Source: Cyanophora paradoxa CCMP329 (lineage: Eukaryota > Plantae > Glaucophyta). Taken from it: 64,000 nt of DNA. The notes under the pieces are model-generated. The model searched no databases. It saw only the letters and a program-made list of their open reading frames with translations, and was not told the origin of the DNA. Where the stretch lies: NCBI GenBank assembly GCA_004431415.1, contig QPMI01000619.1:1-64000 (forward strand). The letters run 5' to 3'. The position numbers were made by a program, and so were the translations under genes. This document shows, piece by piece, positions 55,325 to 64,000 of this stretch (its first letter is position 1; each line of letters begins with the position of its first letter).

Positions 55325-57010
55325 TCGAGCTCGGAGTAATATTCGCGCTCGGATTCGCGCGGCTTTGCAGTTGCAGCTCTAGACCTGGCACGTTGGCTAA
55401 TATAACTGTATATGAATAGCTATACCTCTCTAGATCTGGCCATGGGGCCCTCAATTGCGAGTCAAGCCTTCAGCTCAGCGCGCGGCTCAAACTACTAGTG
55501 CAGCTGCAGATGTAGATCGCGAAATGTTTAGAGCTGGCAGCTTCATCCATATGCACTGCCGTAGTTCGCTGCGCCGCAGCGTTCCAGCATGCGCAGCCCC
55601 GCCGGTGGAGGTTATAATTAGGGCTGCAGCTACAGAGGCGGCTGGCACATGTACAGCTTGAAAGCTCGAGGCCGCGTGCCGCGCGCGGAAAGCGCCGGGG
55701 TCCTTGGCGGCGGCTGCAGCGGCAGGCTGACAGTGCACGTGCCGAAACTACGCGCGCGCCGGCGCAGTGTCGCAATGTGTCGTATATGACAGCATAAATC
55801 TGGATCTTTCAGGCTGTGTCGATGCTACGCATGCACCGCGCGCGGCACCGCACTTGGCGATGGGCCAGCTGCAGCTTCTGATCCTGGCCCGGCCGCGGGG
55901 GGTCGGAGCGAGGCTCCGATGTTGACCCCTCCGAGCGGATGGCTGTTAACGTTGCGCGACGTCGACGATGGCTGTTGCTGCGCCTCCCTCGAATCTCGCC
56001 GCCGCGGCGTCCGACGGTCTTCTTCTGCTCGCCTAGCTAGCTATAGGCTCGCGGCCTAGGTGGTGACAGGCCCGGGCTACCAGTAGGTCTACCGGTAGAT
56101 CTGCTCCGGAGCTCCGGACCTCGGTCCGGCGCCGCTTGCGCGAGAGGCTGCAACTTGCGTCCAACTTGGCAAGTTGCCAAGTTGCTGCAAGTTGAGCGGC
56201 GCTAGGCTCCGCCGCTCCGCTAGCTAGAGTCCAGTCGGCTTTTGGGGTACAGGGAAGAGAAAATTTGGAGGAGCCAATCGATCGCGCACGTCGACGTTGC
56301 ATATGCATATATAAGTATTTCAGAAAAAACAGGTTCATCTCTTCCCCCGCAGATTCATCTCCTCCCCCCGGCGAACGATCCGATGATCCTTCCGGCTCTA
56401 GATGTTCGCCTATAGCTACCAGTAGTGGGCTGCAGTTGCTGAGCGGGCGGGCTCCGAGGCCCTGAGGCTCAGCGCCTGATCGGCGCATGCGCAGCGCTGG
56501 CGCTGGGCCGCTGCCAGGCTGGCCCGGCGCCCGGCCGCTGCAGCTGCCCGGGAGCCTGCAGCTGCCTGCAGCCTAGCTAGCATCAAGCGATCGCAATCGC
56601 GAGCAGCTTCGAATTCGGCTCCAGCCTGGCAGCAAGCGGATCTTCGAATTCTACGTCAACAGCCGCGGCGGCGCAACTCACACAGACCTACTATAGCTAG
56701 TGGCATAGTGCTTGTATATATCCTGACGGAGTTTCGCTGTTCAACTTCACTGGCCATGGCGGGCCAAGCTTAAGGGAGTCGGCCTTGCAATTGGGGGCGG
56801 CAAGAAGCAAGACTACTACTAGGCTAGAGATACGTATACTGCCTGTTCGAAAGCGCCATAGCGCTTGACACTACAGCGCTACACGTGGGCAATAATTGGT
56901 GGGACTATATATAGCTAGGCGGCGGCTAGCGCTAGGCCTCGAGCTTCGAATGGCGCTGCGGCGGTACCGGACCAGTGCACGTGCACGTGTCGACGTCGAT
57001 CCCGGTGATG

Positions 57011-60000
57011 TCAGCTGGCTCCATTTTCCGGGAGGGGGCGCCGAGCCTCGGAGGGGCTGCCGCCCCCGCCGGGCGACTGGGCGCAGGAGACGAGGAGGAG
57101 GGACTCGGAGTCGGGGTCGCGGGGCTCGAAGGCGAAGCCCGGCCCCGCCCCCGCCGCCACCGCCGCCGTCACCTGCGCCCGGCGTGGGCGGCGGGGCGGG
57201 GGCAGGGCGGGCGGGCCGGGGCGGGCGAGGGGGCAGAGCGCACGTGGACGCGGGCGGGGAGGCCCGTGCGTTCCATCTCGCCGGCGTCGTCCGCCGCGGG
57301 GCCGACCAGCTCCCACGTCCACCGCTTCGCCCCAACGACGGCCCCCGCCGCCCGCCCCAGCCCCACCCCAATCCGCGCCGCGATCTGCCCCCCGTCAGCT
57401 GCACCCGGCCGGCCATGGCCGGCAGGCGGGCGGGCCCTCGCACCGGCTCCTCCACGAGGCGGCCGCCGCCCTCTCCGAAGTCCGCCGCGCGCCCCCGCCC
57501 GTCCCCGCCGGGGCCGACGCGCAGCGAGCCGCCCGTGGGCGCGGAGCGGCGCGCGAGGACGCGGGTGCGCTCGTAGAGGGCCCGCATCTCGTCGGCGGCG
57601 CGCAGCAGGGCGCCCACCTCCCGCGGGCCCGCGGGGCCCTCCAGCCCCACCGCCCCCACCCACGAGTCTGCGCGCCGCCGCCGCCTCAGCAACGCGGGGG
57701 CCAGGGCGTGCGGCAAGGGGAGGGGCGGGGCGGACCGCCGGCGGTGCGGAGGGTCTGGACGCCGTGGCGCTCGGCGATCTCGTCGCAGGCGGCAAAGAGC
57801 GCGTCTGGCGGGGCGCACGTGAGACAAGCGGGGCGGGGCGGGGCGGGACGGGGCGGGGGGCACTGAGGGCGTCGACGAGGCGATGCGGGTCGGTGCGGGC
57901 GCTGAGCGCCGAGAAGCCGACGATGTCGCTCTGCAGCACCGCCACGCTCTCGAACTCCATCGTCTCGAGCTCGCTGCCGCCGGCCCCCATGGCCAGTGAG
58001 ACAAAGCGTTCGGCGACGGCGGCGGGGGCGGGGGCGGCGGGCGCACGCGGAGGCGAGGGGGTTGTCGGGGCCCGGGGCGAGGGGCCAGGGGGCGGGGAGG
58101 CGGCGGAGGACGGCGCGGGGGAGGCAGAGGTCAAGCAGCGCCCGCGTGTCCGCCTCCGCCTCCGCCGCCACCCGCGCCTCCCGCCCCGCCCGGCCCCGCA
58201 GCTCGAAGCCCCTGCGCGCCAGCTGTAAGCTAGCAAGAAAGAACAATAGAAGCCGTGGTAAAGAGCTTTCAAAGAGCCAGATCTAGATCTAGATCTAGAG
58301 CTTAGCAAGAGAGAGCAACAGAAGCCGCGTCGCGCCTGTAAGAAGCGCATTGCCAATAATAAGAAGCGCGCTTATACTTGGCATTCGATTCAAAGAGCTG
58401 GAGCGTAATGAGAAAGAACAATAGAATTGAAGTCGCGCCTGGGTCTGCCAGAAGGGGAGGAGCCCGACAGAGGCGGCAAAGACGAGGGCGAACGTCGCGT
58501 CGGCGTCCGCCATCTGGCCAATTAAATCAAAGTGAATCAGAAGGGAAGAGATAGAAAGATCAAAGGCAAAGAAGAGGTAGCTTGAGTTCGTTTCTATAAT
58601 TAGTTCGTTGTTATAATAAGTAGTTATAATTAGTTTACCGTTCGCGCCGCCGCTGAGAGGCCTAGGGCCGCCACCTCCAAGCCGACGAAGCCGAAGGCGT
58701 GGTCGAGGTACGAGAGGACGGGGCCGGCGGCAACCGCCGCCACCTGCGCGTGCACCGCCGCCGCCGCGACCCTGCGCGCACACGCAAAGGCTCGGCTCGG
58801 CTCACGTCGCGACCGGGTGAGTCTGTATTTGCTCGCTCGGAGCTCGCGCGCACCAGCGGAGGCGGCGGCGGAGGGGGCCGGGGGAGCGCGAGAGGAGGCG
58901 CGAGGCGGCGAATCCGGCGGCGAGGACGGCGACGGAGGCCCCGCGGAGGGCGTAGCGCCCGCGGAGCTCGGCCGAGGACCCCAGGTCGTTCGCCAGGTAC
59001 TTTAGGAACTGGATTACAGTCAAGCGAGTGTGATTCTGGGCTCCAAAAACATAGGCGAAGCAAAGGTTGCATTAAAGGAAGCCTGCAGCTGCATCTAGAT
59101 CTAGAGGGCGAATTCGAATTGGGAACCGCGCCATAGTTCAAGTACATAAACATGCTATAAATTAATACCATCTAAAGAAGGCGTACTAGTACTTATAATT
59201 GAATGGCAATGTATATCAATCCGCGCGCACGGGCATTAATATTAGGCCCTGAGGGCCGCGTTGAGGGCCGCGCAGCTGCAGAGCCTCGGAGGAGGAGCAG
59301 CCGGACGCCGCTCGTCCGGCTCCGCCGCGTCGCCGCGATGTACGCCGCCTCGTCCTTTAAATTTTGCTTGTCATCCTCGAATGAATTTCGCGGGATATCG
59401 ATATCGATCGATTTCGCACCTCGCGGTTTTCGAAGGCGAGTCGCCACCAGGGGCGGGCCCGGGACCGCGGGGACGGGCCACTGCCGTCGACGTCGCCATC
59501 CAATCCCTTCCCGCCGCCCCTCTCCAAATCTCTCGCGGAGGCGCCGCCATCTACTTGCAGCGCCTCGACCTGCACGCGAAAAATGCGTCGGGCGACGAAG
59601 GCGAAGTCGGATTGAATATTTTCGCGGCCAGATCTCGCTCACGCGAAGGAGGCGCGAAAATTTGCCCCGTAGCGAGTGGCGTCGAGGGGCTGGCGATCTT
59701 GAGCCCGCCGCGGGGCCGTCTGAGCCGGGATCTACGCCCGCGCCGCCTCCGCCCCACGGCTGTGCATGCCTGCTTGATCGCGATCGCGAACGGGACCGAG
59801 CTGACCGCGAGGAGCGGTGCGAGCGGGCCGATCGCGAGGCGGCGCCGGCCCCGGCCGTCCTGATCGAGCGGACGGAAAGTCGTCCGCGCCCGTCCCCTTC
59901 GACAGAGGACCGCACGACCGAGCTGCGCCCGCTCGTCAGACGTTTCCAAGCCGTCGGAGCGCGGAAAGGGCCGGGCGGCGCGCGCGCGCCTGCGGCGTGC

Positions 60001-60769
60001 AAGGTCCGCGAATTCCGAAGGGGCCCACTCGTCCGGACCCTCCAGATCTATAGCTAGATCCGGATCTGCGGCGGCGGACCGCGCAGAAGGCCTGGGACGG
60101 GTCGCGGCTGCCGCGGACTCGGGATCCCCGGGCTCGCGATCGAGATCGCGATCGCGATCGGGGCCGCGCGATCGCGAAGAGCGGCGGAGGGCGCCGGCGC
60201 CAGACGCGCCCCAGGATCCCGACCCCCGGCACGAGGGCTCGGCTCCGGATCCGCCCGCATCGAGCTCGGATCCGGCGGGGATCTCGGGCGCGATGCGGCG
60301 GCTGCTCCTCGGTCGCCGCGCGCCGCTCCGGTCGCCCTTGACGCTGGCGCCGGAGGCGAACGGCAGCTTCGAGAGGAGGGACGCGGAGGGGAGGTACGCC
60401 GGGCCGAGGCGCAGCGATCGCGACGCCGCGCCGCGCACGCTCACGCTCCCCGCGACGGACCCCTCCACGCTCTCGCGGGCGGCGAGATCGAGGCTCGCGG
60501 GGGGTACGAGGGCGCCGAAGCCCGTGGGGTACGGGGTGGGGTCGGAGGCTCGCCGGAGCGAGGAGGAGAGGTACGCCGGGCCGTTCCCGACTGGCGCCCG
60601 TTTCACGTGCGTGTGGTGCAGCCGCACTAGTACTCGCGCGTCACGCAGTCTGACCCCAAGAGGAGCGAGCGAAGCTAACGCCGGCGCAGCCGCGAGGACC
60701 TCGAGAGCACGTGCAACGCGTCGAACCAGGTGCGACCGCCGAGCGGCCTCCGCCTCTGAATATATGCAT
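57011..60769 (-). CDS. Membrane-anchored class III adenylate/guanylate cyclase-like protein, single degenerate catalytic domain (start uncertain)
   Basis: VAVLQSDIVGFSALS, LFAACDEIAERHGVQTLRTAG|DSWV, ARIGVGLG..AGAVVGAKRWTWELVG, EMERTGLPARVH. Hydrophobic exons at 58430-59000. Confidence 0.8.
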
Positions 60770-61713
60770 CTCCTACCGTCGGACTCTCCGAGTCTCCGAG
60801 GGACCGAGACTCGGACCGAGGCTCGAGGGCCATGGAGTACAGACTGTACAGTAGATGCTGTGGCCGGTAATTCACCAAAAACAATAGTAGATGTGCTCTT
60901 CGCGCTTATAGTAATGTCAGCAGTCTAATATGAATGATCATGAATCGAAGGCGGACCGGCTACGTATACTCGTGGTCGTACCCGTCGCCGGCTTGCCGTG
61001 CCTGCGTCTCCTTCTACTTCCCTCCGGCGGTTTGCCGGGCCGGACCCTCCGGCCTTTGTTCTTGATACCGGACCGCCGCCTTTGCCTTCGTCTTCTGCTT
61101 CGCTGGTCGTATCCCGCCGGCGCCGGCGTACTTCGTCTTATAGTTTAGTTCGGTCTAGTTCGGATTCTGATCGTAGTGTTGATGCTAGAGTTAGTTTCAA
61201 TACTAGCTATAGTTCTCGTGCTCGACCTGTTGTTCGCCGTCGTTTGCAATTCGACTGCCCGCCTCGACCCCGGCCGCTTTAGTGATTCCTTTGACTGTCC
61301 TTTTGCCTGCTCTTGATCCGCCTGCTCCGCCTCCTGTGTCCTCCTCGACCTCGTGCCGTAGCTCTGCCCTTTCGCGTCGTCCTGCTTCGCCTCCGCCTCC
61401 GCGTCGTCTTGTTGTTCCTCTTACTTGTCTGCTTCCTGTTATTTATCTTTCTCAAATTTGTCCTCCGCTTCTTAGTGATGTAATTCCTTCCGATATTGAT
61501 GGTATCTCTAGCTCTGGCTCTTCTTCGTGTCAGTCATCCTCTGTCCCTAGATCTGCTCGATTTCTCGTCTCTTCTCGATCTGTCTCGAGCTCTGTGTCTT
61601 TTCTTTTTTATTGTCAATTTTGGCTCTTTGTCTTATCTTTCTTCGTGCTCTTGTCTTAGTTATTTTGCTTTTTTGTCTTTATGCCCCCTGGGCAGCCCCC
61701 GCAGTGCTGGTGT

Positions 61714-61848
61714 CTAGAGACTGTGGCCGGTAATTCACCAAAAAAAAAATACGTATACCGTAATCCAGAATATTAAGGTCTGCACTTTATTACGTCGTCC
61801 CCAAATTATGTCTTTTTTTTTGGGTGAATTACCGGCCACAGCCTCTAG
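61714..61848. mobile_element. MITE-like inverted-repeat element; extra orphan copy of the left end at ~60857
   Basis: CTAGAGACTGTGGCCGGTAATTCACCAAAAAAAA ... TTTTTTTTGGGTGAATTACCGGCCACAGCCTCTAG. Confidence 0.6.
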
Positions 61849-62055
61849 TCGCCGAAAACTTGACATGACGACATAATTTGGGGACGACATAGTAGGGCGT
61901 GCTTAGTGCTTGCTATACCCCCCCCAATTTTACCGCCCCATACAAGCCTGAAAATTTCATGCTGACATAATTTGGGGACGTCATATTTCTCATAGAGAAG
62001 GGTCCGGATTTCAAACGACATAAATTTGACCGTCATATTTTCCTGGATTACGGTA
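61756..62055. mobile_element. Tc1/mariner-like MITE (TA-flanked)
   Basis: TA|CCGTAATCCAG ... CTGGATTACGG|TA, with internal GACATAATTTGGGGACG motifs in both orientations. Confidence 0.5.
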
Positions 62056-62943
62056 GAATGCTTTCAAGTGTGGACTTGGGAACTTGAATCGGAAGGTTCG
62101 GATCCCGGGATTCCCGGCGATTTCCCCGCCGTTTCGAATTCCCGGGGCTTTCCGGCCTCTGCCTCCTAGTACCTGTAAAAAATCGGAAAAAAGAACCCGG
62201 GACCGTTTGGAGCCGCTGCGCATTCCGGCGCCGGCCGGCGGTTCCATGCGCTGGCCGGCGGTTCCATGCGCTGGCCGGCGGTTCTATGTACCGCGGCTAG
62301 TAGCCGACTACTAGTACCGCCCCGCGGGGCGCGGCCCCCGCCTATATATATATCAGCGTATCACAAGCTCGTAGCTATACCGGTAGCTACCAGTACTAGA
62401 AGGCTAGTAGGAGCTGGAGCTGGCTTGCGCTCACTCATGATCAGGCTGGCAAGATCAAGACTGAGTCAGGAGTCAGGACTCAGGAGCCTCGAGCTCGGCC
62501 GCGGACTAGTACTCCGGGAGATCCGGGTCCGACGGTCCCGGGGCCCGGACGGTCCGCCTGGCTGGAGCCGCTGGACTCGCCGGCGAGTCGCCGCCGCTCG
62601 AGCAGAGTCGAGCTCAGCGGCTGGCTGGCCGCCGGGCTTTACTACCTAGGAGCACTGAGCCCAACTCAGGCTTGCCGACCCTACTAGGAGCACTGAGCCC
62701 AATAATCCACCCTCCTTCTGTTTACCGGCCCTCGCATCTTCGATCTCCGCCGGGCCGAGGCTCAGTCCAGAATCCAGATCGATCTGCCGCTGACTGCCGG
62801 TCGCGGCCCTGCGCAAGTTAGTAGCACAACTCCGCAGCACAACGACGCGAAGCCGCCGCCCGCGTGCCCGTACGTACACGTATAGGCCCCGAGGTGCACG
62901 CATCTTATGGCCGCGAGTAACGCGTGAGGTGTGCGCTTCTTCA

Positions 62944-63712
62944 GGTTTCGAACAACCCCTCAGGGCCTGCATCCATCGACATCATGGGAGGAAGTGCGTT
63001 TGCGTTTGATCGCACATTTTAACACATTCCGAAGTCCTAATCTGCACATTGTGTTAGACTCGTCCTGCTACGCTTCCTACGACTGCAAGGCATCAACCGC
63101 TCTGTGGCATCAGAGCAACATCGGTGAAGACGACGCGAAGGCCCAGTGCCTAGCCAGTGGAGGCAAGTCTGTCACTATTGAATACAGTACTACGGTACGT
63201 ACTTCGATTGCGTCAATCTCGATGCTGGCCCCGAAACGCAGGTACGGATGCGCGCGCGTGTAATGATGTATGATGTATGATCAAGAGTTTTTGATGAATA
63301 AATGCATATGCGTAGACGATGACGTCGACGGCGCCCAGTAACGCGGTCAATGTGGCGACGGGCGCGTTAGCGACGTCGAGCACCAAGTATGGCGACAGCG
63401 CGGGCCCCGACAAGGCCATCGGTGCGCACAATCATAACATTTCGCCCGCCCGATAATGGAGCGCGTCCCAAGACCAATCGTAACCCTGCAACCCTCGCGC
63501 GATTGCTCAGACGGCAACACTACGCCCACCTGGAGTGGCTCGATCTTCTCGACCCGTGACGACGACACGGCGTCGAAGCTAATGATCGACTTCCAGGCGA
63601 GTATTTGATCGTTAATATTGTACAAGCTTAGCGCGAGTGCTGATTTGCACACGTTGCAATTGTCCTCGATTCGCAGGTCGATGCGATAGTGTCAAGCATC
63701 GATGTTCACGGG
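62944..63712 (+). CDS. Partial multi-exon gene with a fucolectin/F5-8 type C (discoidin)-like domain; boundaries uncertain
   Basis: Exon peptides NVATGALATSSTKYGDSAGPDKAI|DGNTTPTWSGSIFSTRDDDTASKLMIDFQ resemble NVA.GK.A.QSS.Y....A..AIDGN...T....VDL. Confidence 0.5.
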
Positions 63713-64000
63713 GTGCGCATAATATGATCATGATGCTCGCACTGGTGGCGGCGCGCTCCGTTAAGCCCCTCTGAACGCACTACTGAAAATGACTAAGCCC
63801 CTCGTTCAGACCGGCTGACCCAGAATGTCAGCCTTTTCCTTAGAGGCTGATCTTTTTTGTGAGCTGAGCTGAGTTCTCGCCCAGTTCAGCCCGGTCTGAA
63901 CGCTCTCTTCAGCCTCGGTTCAGCACCGTCTGAACAGCAAGGGTCTTATGCCGCTCGCTCAGCCCAGCCCATAGCGCAGCTTTACGTAGATTGCTCTAGA

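Noticed and set aside
63760-64000. CTGAGC/TTCAGC-rich segment, possibly a transposon end interrupting the lectin-like gene
   Set aside because: It is truncated by the window edge, so no partner terminus or TSD can be verified.

Overview
GC-rich, intron-dense eukaryotic DNA (protist or alga; the organism cannot be identified from the sequence). Two large, apparently young retroelements dominate the window, and each appears to sit in the 5' coding exon of a host gene. (1) 3-11729: a tyrosine-recombinase (DIRS-order, PAT/Ngaro-type) retrotransposon with split direct repeats A1...B1-A2...B2. It carries a ~319-bp tandem array, an extra unknown ORF, gag-like, RT-RNaseH, a possible methyltransferase remnant and YR. 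It appears to interrupt the signal-peptide exon of a subtilisin (I9-S8-...-WSC) gene at 11730-16222. (2) 17698-35754: an 18.06-kb Ty3/gypsy LTR element with identical 256-bp LTRs and a CTGCA TSD. Its first ORF (3717 aa) has about 3000 aa of unrecognised sequence, including RGG and SR-like RS tracts, between the zinc knuckles and the protease. A canonical-looking -1 frameshift signal follows the protease. The element appears to split the MGCAQS N-terminal exon from a DUF4062-NACHT-TPR (NPHP3-like) gene whose TPRs are encoded one per phase-0 exon. Downstream are a TmcB-like multi-pass membrane gene (-), a membrane class III nucleotide cyclase with degenerate catalytic motifs (-), MITE-like inverted repeats, and a fragment of a fucolectin/discoidin-like gene. 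Most of the ORF track is GC-driven shadow ORFs.
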